Assembly: GCA_963749495.1 (NCBI GenBank)
Contig: CAVVMW010000021.1
Location: forward strand, 904,804-968,803
Direction: 5' to 3'
DNA from: an uncultured bacterium
GTDB taxonomy: Bacteria > Verrucomicrobiota > Verrucomicrobiia > Limisphaerales > UBA8199
Length of the DNA stretch: 64,000 nt
This document shows, piece after piece, positions 22,449 through 32,179 of the stretch. The translations under genes were made by a program, and so were the position numbers. The notes under the pieces were generated by a model. It was not told where the DNA came from. It saw only the letters and a program-made list of their open reading frames with translations, and searched no databases. Position 1 is the stretch's first letter, and each line of letters begins with the position of its first letter.

Positions 22449-23997
22449 CTAAAGAGATTTCTGAATCCAGTCGAACTTGCGACGTGCGTAGTCCATGCAC
22501 CGCTTAAATGTCTCTTTGGTGTGCAGGAAATCGTGTTTTTCCCTTTGTAACCGGTTCGGCGAAGTCCTTGTGGGTAAGAATATGCCGGAGGATCATGCAC
22601 ACCTTGCCGACGGCTAGGTCGCGAAGATATTCGCGGAATTCCCACTGCACCGCAAGGTCCTCCGCGAAGGCGTCCAGGTGGTCCTTTAGTTTGGGATCGT
22701 TAAGCAGGCCCTGAATTAAGAGCGCGCACACCAGATTTTTGGCGCGCTGCACCGGGGTGCTCCACTTCCGGCCCATCCGCTCACGAAGATGCTCTGTGGG
22801 GCTTCGGATCGCCTTATAGACCTTATAGACGAGCACGATCCTGCTGGCATCTACTTCCAGGTAGCTCGAGCGGAATGTTTTTGCGTATCGATCCTGGTTC
22901 TCAAAGATGTAGGGAAGCTTAGACATATATCCGATCTCTCCCTGGACGGCCAAGAGCGTCCGCGCCAGAGGCTCGATGCGCATGTCATGGCCGGGATCAA
23001 CGCCCATGCCTTCAAGCTCCTCTTCGGAATAATTCTGGAACGCCCGTTCTTGGCGAGAATAGAATACGTTCGCTTCCTCCCGGAATTTGTCCTGAAGGTC
23101 GCACTGGATGCGGTCATTCGCACGGAGGTCCCAGGGCTCGACGCGGTTTTGGCAATTATTGCAGATTGTCACGTTCGTGACAAAATCGCTGGTGGGGTCG
23201 TATTCAATGATCTTTGCCAGAACCTGAATCCCCCCAAGCTTCGCTTCGTTTTCTTTAAGAGCCGGGTTCTGAGAGTTGTCTTCAAGGAACTTCGCAACGC
23301 TGGTGATAGTCTGCGCTCCATTTAGCAGCCGCGGCACGGTCAGTGTCGCCTTCCCGTCATTCAGGGCGACCCGCTCCGCCGCGAGCGCAACGCCGTTGTG
23401 GTTGAACGGGAAGAGTTCTGGGGAGAGCGACTGCTTGATCACAATGTCAGCCAGCGCTTCGCGAATCTTGCGGTTGGGATGCTTCTCCGCTGAGAGGCCA
23501 AAGCGGAGATTGCGGCTCAGGAAGCGGCCCTTCAATCGCTCCCAGATGCGGTAGAGGTCCATTAGCGGCACGAAACCGACAAACATCGTGACGCCATCGC
23601 TTGTCTGCAGCGACGAGTGCCGGGCGAGCGCGATCGTGCCAATGTCGGAGACAGGGGTGGGCGGAGGTGGCCGATTGTGGCAGATGAATTCGACTATCAA
23701 CTCCACTTCGGGATTACTGAAAAACTCCTGAACGAGATGTCGCTTGTTTTCAATGTTTTCTCGGCGAATGTCCAATCCTCGGCTGGAATTGACTTTGTCG
23801 GCCTCGCCCATGAAAACCATGTGTATGAAAACGCGGTCCACCTTAGGGCGCTCTTCCAATTCACGGCGGAGGTCGTTTAGAAACTCGTTCTTGTCAGGGT
23901 CTGCCATCGGGTTACCAAACACGCGGCTGATACCATCCTTCGCGATGCGATCCATGGACTCTTTGAATTTATTGGGGTCCTCGGACCATTTGAATTG
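22449..23997 (-). pseudogene. AIPR (abortive infection phage resistance) family protein, 5'-truncated
   Basis: FLSRNLRFGL, FPFNHNGVAL, LLNGAQTITS, NNCQNRVEPWDLRAND; begins abruptly at QFKWS; true C-term KHDFLHTKETFKRCMDYARRKFDWIQKSL* recovered after a homopolymer frameshift at ~22540. Confidence 0.85.
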
Positions 23998-24090
23998 GGG
24001 GTCCTGCCTGCAAATAGCTGTGGCGCCTTCATCGCGTGCCGCCCCTTTCCACCTCCCGTCCGCCCCCTGGGAGTCACCAGCGTAGCGCCT

Positions 24091-24302
24091 GCGTCGCGTA
24101 GCGACGCGCTGAAGGTAGCCGTGGACCTCGGTCCACGGTTTGGGGCGTGGGAATGGCCGCGCGTCGCGTAGCGACGCCTGAGGGCTTGGCCATGGCCAAA
24201 TCGCATCCTGACCTCAAGCGTCGCTACGCGACGCAGGTGAGCTTGGGCCATGGGTCCGTGGACTGGAAGTCCACGGCTACCATCAGGCACCGCTACGCGG
24301 TG
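24091..24302. repeat. GTAG-type REP doublet / REPIN-like element
   Basis: gtagccgtggacctcggtccacgg (24115-24138) and inverted ccgtggactggaagtccacggctac (24256-24280), plus gcgtcgcgtagcgacgc palindromes at 24091, 24161 and (inverted) 24218. Confidence 0.8.
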
Positions 24303-24411
24303 AAGCAGGCTCCCGGCGCGCCCAGTATTGGTCCGCAGACTTCTTAGCCTTCATCACTCCAGGCAGGAACTTCCCGGATGGGCCTTTTGTGTTCCACACG
24401 GTAGCCGGGAG

Positions 24412-24433
24412 GGCGAAAGAAAGCTCACGAGGG
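24412..24433 (+). repeat. 22-bp direct repeat, copy 2
   Basis: ggcgaaagaaagctcacgaggg, identical to 22256-22277. Confidence 0.9.
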
Positions 24434-24670
24434 CCAGCGGATGAGCAGGCTCGGACGATGGGGGCGTGTTGGTGGTTGTGTTGGTTCTCGTCCCTCGTTT
24501 TTCACATTGTTGCACCCTGTTTCAAATCGGTTGGTGAAAACTGTCAGCGGCGGCGGGAACGCGGATGAAAAGCGCCGGTTCCAAAATCTGAGCGGGCGGA
24601 GGGTCGAAAAGCAAACAACCGGCAGCTTCTGCTGCCGGTTTTGCGACGGAACTGATAGTGGAGAACCGGA

Positions 24671-25411
24671 TCACGTTTGGATTTGGTCTTTCATGCGAAA
24701 GCTGGTGCCTTCGACGACGACCGTCTCGGCGTGATGGAGGAGCCGATCCAGGACGGCGGAGGCCAGCGTGGCGTCATTGTTGAAGATGCTGGCCCACTGT
24801 TTGAAGGGTTTGTTGGTAGTCACCACGATGGAACCGCGCTCGTAGCGCTGGCTGATAACCTGGAAGAGCAGGTCGGCGCCATGCTGGTCGATGGGCAGGT
24901 AGCCGATCTCATCCAAGATCAACAGCCGGGGACGGAGGTATTTGCGGAGTTCACTTTTGAGGCGGCTGCTTTTCTGGGCGGCGCTGAGTTGGTTGATGAC
25001 ATTGATGGCGTTGGCAAAGAGAACCGAGTGGCCCTCCAGACAGGCCGCGTAGCCGAGGGCGGTGGCCAAGTGGGTCTTGCCCAAGCCAACGTTGCCCAGG
25101 AAGATGGCGTTGGCGTTCTGTTCCAGGAACTGCAGGCGAAAGAGGTTCTGCACCTGGAGCCGATTGATTTTCTTAAGCCAATCCCACTGGAACTGTTCGA
25201 GGGTCTTGATGACCGGAAAGCGCGCGGCCTTCACGTGCAGGGCCACGGCGCGCTCCCGGCGCTGCTGGTATTGGCCGTCGATGAGCCGGGCCAGGTATTC
25301 GGCGTGAGTCCAGGGCTGCCGGGCAGCCTGCTGGGCCAGGTCGTCGTATTGCGCCTTCAGGAAAGGCAGTTTGAGGTAGTCGAGTTGCTGAGCCAGGAGG
25401 GAGGGGTTCAT
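24671..25411 (-). CDS. istB: IS21 helper AAA+ ATPase
   Basis: Walker A GNVGLGKT, Walker B LLILDEIGY, VLDRLLHH. Confidence 0.96.
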   Translation of the reverse strand: MNPSLLAQQLDYLKLPFLKAQYDDLAQQAARQPWTHAEYLARLIDGQYQQRRERAVALHVKAARFPVIKTLEQFQWDWLKKINRLQVQNLFRLQFLEQNANAIFLGNVGLGKTHLATALGYAACLEGHSVLFANAINVINQLSAAQKSSRLKSELRKYLRPRLLILDEIGYLPIDQHGADLLFQVISQRYERGSIVVTTNKPFKQWASIFNNDATLASAVLDRLLHHAETVVVEGTSFRMKDQIQT

Positions 25412-26886
25412 GGTTGGGGAGAGGGCGGGTTGGGGTCATAGGGACTCAAGTCGGCCGGGGGCAGGTCCAGTTCCAAGAGGTCCTGCCGGCGGGTCAGGTG
25501 CAAGGGCGAGGGCGCCACGGCGTGGCGCTCGCGTTGTTCCAACAGGTTGGCGATGTATTCGCAGCCGTACGCATCGAAGGTCAGGGCGTCCTGGAGGGCG
25601 CGGGCCACTTTATCGGGGCCGTAGAGTTGGCTCAACGCGACGATCTTTTGGATGTGATGGGGAGCGTTGAAGCGTTTTTCCCGGAGTTTACGGCCGTAGA
25701 GTTCGGCCTGCGGTCCCAGGCTCAGGAACGCTTGCAGGCAGGTTTGGTCGCGGGCGCGGTGACGCTGCGTCAGGAGTTCCTGGATATGGTCGGGGTTGCG
25801 GATGTCCTGGCGGCGGTCGTAGCCGCGCAGGTGGGTAGCGATCAGCTTTTCGTGGTGATAGCAGAGCACTTGGTCAGGATAGATTTTGAGGCTCAGTTGC
25901 TGGGAGGCATAGAGGTGAGGCACGGTGTAGCGATTGGTCTCAAAAACGACGCGGCAACAACTGTTGGCGCTGGTGGGCCGGACGACTCCGCAGTCATAAG
26001 GACGGAGCGGCAGGGCTTTGAGCAGGGGCTTTTCCTGAGCAAACCGTTCCAGGGGTTTGACGTGGGTCTCGCCGTGGATACGCACGTTGGCCACGGTATC
26101 CTGCCACTGCCGGGCGGCGGGATTGACGGCCTCGAAGGAGGGGATCTGCAAACCGCTCAGGAAGTTCTTTTTGACGTAGCCCACGCCATTTTCCACGCGC
26201 CCTTTTTCGTTCGCCTTTTTGACCTGGCAGGCGACGGGGACGAAGCCATGGTGGGCGGCGAAGTCCAGGTAGCGCGGGTTGAAACGGGCCGCAGCGCCCA
26301 GCGGATGTTCGAGCACCCCGACCTTGAGATTATCGATCATGACTTTAGCGGGGATGCCCCCGAAGAACTCGAAGGCATGGCGGTGGCAGGAGAGGAACTG
26401 TTCCATGCCTTCGGAGAGGGTAAACTCCACATAGATGAGGCGGCTGAAGCACAGGACCATCACGAAGAAGCTCAAGCGCCGTCTGGTAGAGCCGACGGTG
26501 ACGGAGCCGAAGCTGCCCCAATCGACCTGCGCGCATTCCCCCGGAGCAAACTCCAGCGTCAGGAAGGCGGGTTTGCGCATCGGGCGCACCAGGCGGACAA
26601 ACTCCTTGAGGATGCTGTAACCGCCAGCGTAGCCCTGGGGTTTGAGTTCCTGGAGGATTTGCTGAGCGCTGTAAGGATGACGTTCCAGCAGGCCAACAAT
26701 CCGGCCCTTGAACGCGTCGAGCTTACTGGGGCGTTTGCCGCCTCGGCGTTGGTGATAGCTGGTCTGCTCCGCCCACTTGGCGACGGTTTTGGGGTCCAGT
26801 TGAAGTTCCACCGCAACCTGGGCGGCAGTGAGATGCTTTTCATCCAAGAGCACTCGAAGCTGGCAGAAGGTGGGGTAATCGATCAT
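25408..26886 (-). CDS. istA: IS21 DDE transposase
   Basis: PGECAQVDW, MIDNLK, NEKGRVENGVGYVK, ANVRIHGET; start MIDY at 26886; overlaps istB by 4 nt. Confidence 0.96.
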   Translation of the reverse strand: MIDYPTFCQLRVLLDEKHLTAAQVAVELQLDPKTVAKWAEQTSYHQRRGGKRPSKLDAFKGRIVGLLERHPYSAQQILQELKPQGYAGGYSILKEFVRLVRPMRKPAFLTLEFAPGECAQVDWGSFGSVTVGSTRRRLSFFVMVLCFSRLIYVEFTLSEGMEQFLSCHRHAFEFFGGIPAKVMIDNLKVGVLEHPLGAAARFNPRYLDFAAHHGFVPVACQVKKANEKGRVENGVGYVKKNFLSGLQIPSFEAVNPAARQWQDTVANVRIHGETHVKPLERFAQEKPLLKALPLRPYDCGVVRPTSANSCCRVVFETNRYTVPHLYASQQLSLKIYPDQVLCYHHEKLIATHLRGYDRRQDIRNPDHIQELLTQRHRARDQTCLQAFLSLGPQAELYGRKLREKRFNAPHHIQKIVALSQLYGPDKVARALQDALTFDAYGCEYIANLLEQRERHAVAPSPLHLTRRQDLLELDLPPADLSPYDPNPPSPQP

Positions 26887-27284
26887 GGCCGACCTCCCGC
26901 CAAGGCCCGGCGCAGGATGTCGCCCACGCACTGAGCTTGCTCGCTGCGAGGTGCGTCCGGGGCCACCGGCTCGGAGGAGACCTCCGGCAGGGCCAGCACC
27001 TGGTAGAGAGGTTTTTGATAGGCGATGAGCCCGGCCCGCTCCAATTGCTGACGCGCTGAGGCCAGTTCCAACGGATCCAGCTTGAGCTGCCGCCCCAGGG
27101 CCGCCTCGGAGTAGTAACTCAGGCCTTGGGCGTCGCCGACAGTGACCAGGAACAGGTAGAGAGCCCAGGCCCGGTGGTCGCAGGTTTTCAGATGGTGGTG
27201 ACGAATCAACCGGTGGTCCACCCAGCTAAAACTGCTGGGGACCTCACGGAGCCGATTGGGTCGGAGGAGACGTTTGATGATCAT
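26883..27284 (-). CDS. IS-borne small winged-HTH-like protein
   Basis: FSWVDHRL..ALYLFLVTVGDAQGLSYYSEAALGRQL..ARQQLERAGLIAY resembles wHTH DNA-binding domains; overlaps the istA start by 4 nt. Confidence 0.7.
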   Translation of the reverse strand: MIIKRLLRPNRLREVPSSFSWVDHRLIRHHHLKTCDHRAWALYLFLVTVGDAQGLSYYSEAALGRQLKLDPLELASARQQLERAGLIAYQKPLYQVLALPEVSSEPVAPDAPRSEQAQCVGDILRRALAGGRP

Positions 27285-27791
27285 AATCAGAACATGGTTT
27301 TTCGTTGCGTTGCTCTGGAAGCACCCGCCCCAGAATGATGCAACCCTGTTCTATCAGGCGGCGGATCAAAGGCTGGATGTCATCTTGTAACGTACTGCCC
27401 GCAAACATCGAGAGCAGTCCGATAAACGCGGGCTCCTGTGCCAGGCAGAAATCTTGTAACGTACGGGCAGAGGTCTCGGTACGTTACGAGATGTCTGCTC
27501 GGGGTTAACCGCTTCTGCCTCAATTGGTTGAGTGCCTTCAGACGCAGGGGTTTTCCGCTTCCAATACCCTGGATGAGCCTTGCGCCAAGCCCGCACCCGG
27601 TCGGTGCCTTCGCCCTGCCGAAAGTGCGAAAGATTTTTGGGTTGGCGATACCAGCGCCGCTGGCTGGCGAGCTTGCTGGCCCGGCGGCAATCCGGTTTTT
27701 CGCAGTAGCGTTGATGCTTCCGGTTCCGGTAATCCGGGAAGAAAAACGCGTTGCAACACTGGCACTTACGTCGCTTGGACTTTGGGCTCAT
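27244..27791 (-). CDS. IS-borne Cys-rich basic (putative Zn-binding) protein; apparent frameshift at ~27470
   Basis: KCQCC..F.PDYRN..HQRYC...DC; continues in another frame as TLQDFCLAQEPAFIGLLSMFAGSTLQDDI...QSAP*. Confidence 0.7.
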
Positions 27792-27997
27792 CGCGCCCCA
27801 ACAGCAACACAGCCGCCGAGCGGATCAAAACAAAACAATCGGCCCGAAGAAGAACCAAGGCGAAGAAGCAAGAAGAGCTCTCAGGAGAATAGCCGGAAGA
27901 AAAGACCAGGGAAGAAGAAGGGAATTTCAAACCAGCGGTTTTCCGGGAATATCACTCCGCCGCTGGCAAAAACGGACCATACCAGCAGAACCACAAC

Positions 27998-28031
27998 AAA
28001 AACGGGCCTAAAACACTGGTTTTAGGCCCGT
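27998..28031 (-). terminator. Rho-independent terminator downstream of tRNA 3' fragment
   Basis: Perfect 13-bp stem acgggcctaaaac/gttttaggcccgt with 4-nt loop, followed by a T tract on the minus strand. Confidence 0.8.
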
Positions 28032-28035
28032 AAAT

Positions 28036-28088
28036 TGGTTGCGGGGGCTGGATTTGAACCAGCAACCTTCAGGTTATGAGCCTGACGA
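28036..28088 (-). tRNA. 3' fragment (53 nt) of initiator tRNA-Met(CAT); probable att site, not a complete tRNA
   Basis: rc = tcgtcaggctCATaacctgaaggttgctggttcaaatccagcccccgcaacca: anticodon arm, T arm and CCA end; 5' acceptor strand and D arm absent. Confidence 0.88.
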
Positions 28089-28166
28089 AGGAGGAGACTA
28101 AAGACGAGCCTAAAGGGCTTTAGTCCAACCATTTACGTCAATTTCGCCTCACACCCCCAGACAGCG

Positions 28167-28186
28167 TGTAGCAAGATTGTAGCAAG
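28167..28186 (+). repeat. Tandem 9-bp direct repeat, candidate integrase arm-type site
   Basis: tgtagcaag at 28167 and 28178 (11-bp period), ~80 bp from the tRNA fragment. Confidence 0.5.
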
Positions 28187-29605
28187 GCTTGGCGGGGCTT
28201 TCTTGAAGGGGCCTGCAAAACCTCGTCACGGCAGTGGTTCTGTATTCTGGCTTGAGTGCATCTCTTGGGAGTGAGGCCAACCTCAACACCTCTGGGGAAA
28301 GAGGTGCCGTCTCTCCAGCATCAGGCCCGCCTTGGCTCCGCTGCTGCCGTTCGGCCCCGCTGCGGCCATCCCCGTCCTCTGGCGCATCTTTTTCCAGCGT
28401 TGGTTCGAAAAGGACCCGGCAGGAGCTGTCAGCGGCGCAACCGAACTGCCTGTGGAAGCCGCCGTGCTGGCAGGCCATGTCTCGCAGTGGGGAGCGGCCG
28501 ATCCGAAATCTGCCGTAGCCTGCCGTAGCCTGGGCTGGGGGCCTTTCGTCTGTGCAGGCGCGCAACTGATTGACGCAATGAACTCCTGTGGGGTGGGCAG
28601 GCAAGGACCGATGTGCGCGGTCGGATACGCCCTCGCCACGGGATCACGCCCCTTGCGGACCGCGAGGCTCATCGCGATCGCCAACGCCCGCACCCTGCTC
28701 CTGGCATGCACTGGGAAGGAGCCAGAGGCCCTGGAGATCTACCAGCGCAACATCGCCGCCGCCCACCCAAAAGCACCGGGTCACCACCAGCCTGAGGCGC
28801 GCCAGGGGGAGGGGATGGCGTCGTGAGATCTCCAGGCCAGGAATTCAATTGGAGGAAGTTAGGGCATCATTCATGCGCCGGAGCTGGAGGTAGAAGATCG
28901 CCGAACGCAAAAACAGCATGACTGAAGACGAATACGGGCCTTGTGACGACTCAGACTCCGAGCGAGAAGGACTATGGGCCTTCAAGAGACCCGAACCAAT
29001 GAGCAATCCGCCCGTTCTTGTTGTCAGCGCCCCCGGCGATAACTCGAGAACGGAAAAGCGGCTGGAGGCGCCAAAATCCGACAATACAACTCCGCTGCCG
29101 ATGGCCGCGATGAGGCCAAGGTATGGCACATCTCGCTCAGGGATTCAGATGGCTAGATGCTTCGTCTGGGCGGCGGCGTGGGGGGGGTGGAGGCGCTCAC
29201 AACCTGCGCTCAAACTCTGCCCAGGCCAGTTCGCATTGCCATCATACAAGGCCTTCGCTCCTGAAGACCGCTCACCGATGCCTCCACCTGGCGACATTCG
29301 CACGCGCTGGATCGGGAAACCCCTCGTCGAAAATGAGCCGAGCGACTGATAGCAGGTCTCGGAGCCCGAGACGGGAGCCATCCACGGCACCCTCCGGTCC
29401 GTCGGTTTTGGCAAATCAGCAATTGGCTGTGCGGTCACCCTTCAACCTGCCCAGCAGCCCGCCACCCCGAGCGACCAGCACCACCAATCGCGCCTCTTCG
29501 ATCCCGAGGAACTCGAACACGCGCTCGCTGCCTGAGGCCCAAAGTCCAACAGCGTCACTCAATCAGGGCTGCGCCAAAACAACGTTGCTAGCCAAACAAC
29601 AGAAC

Positions 29606-29914
29606 ATGAATGAAAACACACATGGGAATAGACGCGGGTTCACCGGCGCGATAGCGGCGGTCCACCCGGATGGCAGGCTGGACATCCCGACCAACCTGGC
29701 ATTCATCCGGCAAATCGCCCAGCGCTCCGGCGTTCTGGCGGGTGGCGCTGACCCTCTGCGGGTCCCTGGCAGCGGCACCGAGCCGCGGGCGCGGCTCTTC
29801 CTCCAGCAGCGCTATCCCAGTGTGACTCTCGAGGAGTTCGAACGCCGGACCGAAGTCGAAGGTACGCGCAACGCCAGGTGCATCCCGCCATGGACCCGCT
29901 CCAAGATGCGCTGA
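29606..29914 (+). CDS. Hypothetical protein (~102 aa)
   Basis: ATG after an A-rich leader, natural-looking composition, co-oriented with the downstream TPR gene. Confidence 0.35.
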   Translation: MNENTHGNRRGFTGAIAAVHPDGRLDIPTNLAFIRQIAQRSGVLAGGADPLRVPGSGTEPRARLFLQQRYPSVTLEEFERRTEVEGTRNARCIPPWTRSKMR

Positions 29915-29979
29915 TCCCATATGAATCAGGCCAGAGACACAGTGCCGCACAATCTCAACCGAAGCCCCGAATAAACCAA

Positions 29980-31260
29980 ATGAATACTAATAATACGTCG
30001 GAACAGCCCCTCGCCCCTGATCCTGAGGCAGGAGCCATAATGCAAACCGCCCAGATGGCCCTGCAGAGGGGTGACCATGTCCGCGCCGAGGAGCTGGCGC
30101 GGCGCGCCGTCGCCCTCCTCCCTGCCAGCGCCGCCGCCCACAACCTGCTCGCGGGGGTTCTCGACAAGATCGGCCGCACTGAAAAGTCGCTCGCCGAATT
30201 GCGCAAGGCCATTGAGGCCGGGCCGGACGACCCGATTCTCCAGTGCAACCTGGCCATTGTCCTGCACAACCACGGGCGCGCAGAGGAGTCGCTGCGGGCC
30301 CTGCAGCAGTTCTTTTCCCATCCGGCTCGCACCAACCCGATTCATGCAGCCCTCTTCAGCCGGGCTGCGGAGCTGCATTTCGAGGTCCAGATGGCCCTGG
30401 CGCAAGCGCGCTCCGCCGAGGTCGGCACGGCGCTTCAGGACCTGGGCCGCTGGATCGAAAGCGCGTCCGGTTATCCCGTTCATGTCCAGATGGAGGCCCT
30501 TTCGCCAGCGGCGGTGGGTTGTGTCTCCGTTGCGCCTTTCTCCGGTCGGGACTACCACCTGATCCGTTGCAGCTCTCAGCTACCTCCGGTTATCCGTCCG
30601 CACGTGATCGCACACGAACTGGCGCACGTCCGCCTGGAATTGGAAGCCGCCGGTCTCGGCAAGGCCAGGCGCTTCTTCAGCAGCGACCGGACGCGGGAAT
30701 TCCTGTCCGGTTTCTACGTCCAGGCGAAGGAACGCCTCCGCAGAAAGGGCTGGCAACCCGACGCCATCGAGAAGACGGTGACTGAGGATGCAGCTTATGT
30801 GCAAGCTGTCCTGCTGAACCGTCCCCTGGATATGGTCGTTGAAACCTGGATCCGCCGGCACATCCCGTGCCTCTCCGCCGCCCAGTTCCTTGGGTTCAAT
30901 TTCAACCGCGACTTGGACCGGGCCCTGATCCTCACCCCCACCGAGATCCTCTCCAGCACCGAGTCGATCAGACCGCTGGTGTTGCGCCGCAGTTGTCTGG
31001 CCCTCGATTGCGCGCGCAACCTGATGCAGGATTCCTTTTTCCCGGGCGTGACGGATTTTGCCCGGGTTTACCTTGACACGGAGGTGTTCCCATTGGCGCA
31101 GCAATTGTGGCAGCATTGGCTAGCCGTCTTGCCTTCCTTAGGGTCTGGCGACAGGTTCGCGCTGATCGAGGCGTTTGCTAGCATTCTTGGGCTAAGCCAG
31201 GCTTATGAATCCGAATCAGCTTCCCTGGTCGTGCCGCCCGCTCACCCGCCTCGAACTTGA
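29980..31260 (+). CDS. TPR-repeat protein with HExxH metallopeptidase-like domain
   Basis: 2-3 TPRs (AHNLLAGVLDKIG..E.SLAELRKAIEAGPDD); PHVIAHELAHVRLE; start MNTNN at 29980. Confidence 0.8.
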   Translation: MNTNNTSEQPLAPDPEAGAIMQTAQMALQRGDHVRAEELARRAVALLPASAAAHNLLAGVLDKIGRTEKSLAELRKAIEAGPDDPILQCNLAIVLHNHGRAEESLRALQQFFSHPARTNPIHAALFSRAAELHFEVQMALAQARSAEVGTALQDLGRWIESASGYPVHVQMEALSPAAVGCVSVAPFSGRDYHLIRCSSQLPPVIRPHVIAHELAHVRLELEAAGLGKARRFFSSDRTREFLSGFYVQAKERLRRKGWQPDAIEKTVTEDAAYVQAVLLNRPLDMVVETWIRRHIPCLSAAQFLGFNFNRDLDRALILTPTEILSSTESIRPLVLRRSCLALDCARNLMQDSFFPGVTDFARVYLDTEVFPLAQQLWQHWLAVLPSLGSGDRFALIEAFASILGLSQAYESESASLVVPPAHPPRT

Positions 31261-31499
31261 TCCCGTTCAGTCCCCATCCAGTTCAGAAACGCAGCCGGAC
31301 ACATGAGAAAGCCAAATCGCACCAATCACCTGGGCTCTGTGGATCAAACCAAGCGGCGACTCCGGCAGGATGGCACAGCGGCGGAACATTTCGGGTCCCG
31401 GGCGTTGGCCCTGACCCCTGTGGGTAGCGAATAGTCCATAATGGCTGATACGCTTGATACGCCTTGATTTTGCGCCGCCATGCGGATCCTGATCCTCTC

Positions 31500-32160
31500 A
31501 TGTTCGCCCTCGTTCTAACCGTCCTGCGCACCTTGCATTGCGCCTGCCGTTCTCGATCTCAAATCCTGCTCGAAAACCTTGCTCTCCGGCACCAACTCTC
31601 AGTTCTCCAACGCACCGCGCCCAAGCCTCGCTTCACGAACTCGGACCGGGTTCTTTGGCTTGTGCTCCGGCACCTCCTGTGTACTTGGCGAGAGGCGCTG
31701 GTCCTGGTCCAGCCCCAGACCGTGATCCAGTGGCCACCACTTGGGCTTCCGCCTGTTCTGGCGTTGGAAATGCCGGACCCGTGCCGGTCGCCCTTGTCTG
31801 GACCACCAACGGGTATGGTCCAGAAATCCATCCGACCATGTCGAAACCTGGCCGGCATGTTGCACTCGCCCCTGCCCTGCCCTGCCGGCATACTCGGAGC
31901 CGTGTTCCAGCCCCCTCAGCCTTCAGCCAACTCGCTCCTGACCAAAGTTCAGCGCCTCTTTAATCGGGACCTCGCTTTGCAGAACGATTACCTGCGGCAA
32001 GAAAACCGCATCCTGCGTAGCAAATTGGGCGCCCGCGTGCCGCTGACCGAGGCGGACCGACGCGTCCTGGTCAAATACGGCCTTCGCATCAAGCCGCGAC
32101 TGGCCCAGGTCGTGTCCATCGTCCGACCCGAAACGCTGCTGGCCTGGAACCGCCCGCCAG
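31500..32160 (+). pseudogene. Two N-terminal remnants of integrase-core-type transposases
   Basis: LLENLALRHQLSVLQR..DR.LW..LVQPQTVIQW / GFRLFWRWK, then QNDYLRQENRILRSKL..IVRPETLLAWNR; no catalytic core. Confidence 0.7.
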
Positions 32161-32179
32161 AAACAGAAGAAATGGTCGT

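Larger units (their letters stand above)
24542..27968 (-). mobile_element. IS21-family element (3427 bp) with two accessory genes
   Basis: Imperfect terminal IRs tgtcagcggcgg...gaaaagcgccggtt (24542) and tgccagcggcgg...gaaaaccgctggtt (rc at 27968); 5-bp target duplication AAAAC at 24537-24541 and 27969-27973; istA and istB inside. Confidence 0.92.

Noticed and set aside
28036..28088. Intact tRNA-Met gene
   Set aside because: 5' acceptor strand and D arm are missing; kept only as an att fragment.
28200..29600. Several 90-260 aa ORFs on both strands
   Set aside because: No motifs or consistent coding signal; probably degraded island sequence.
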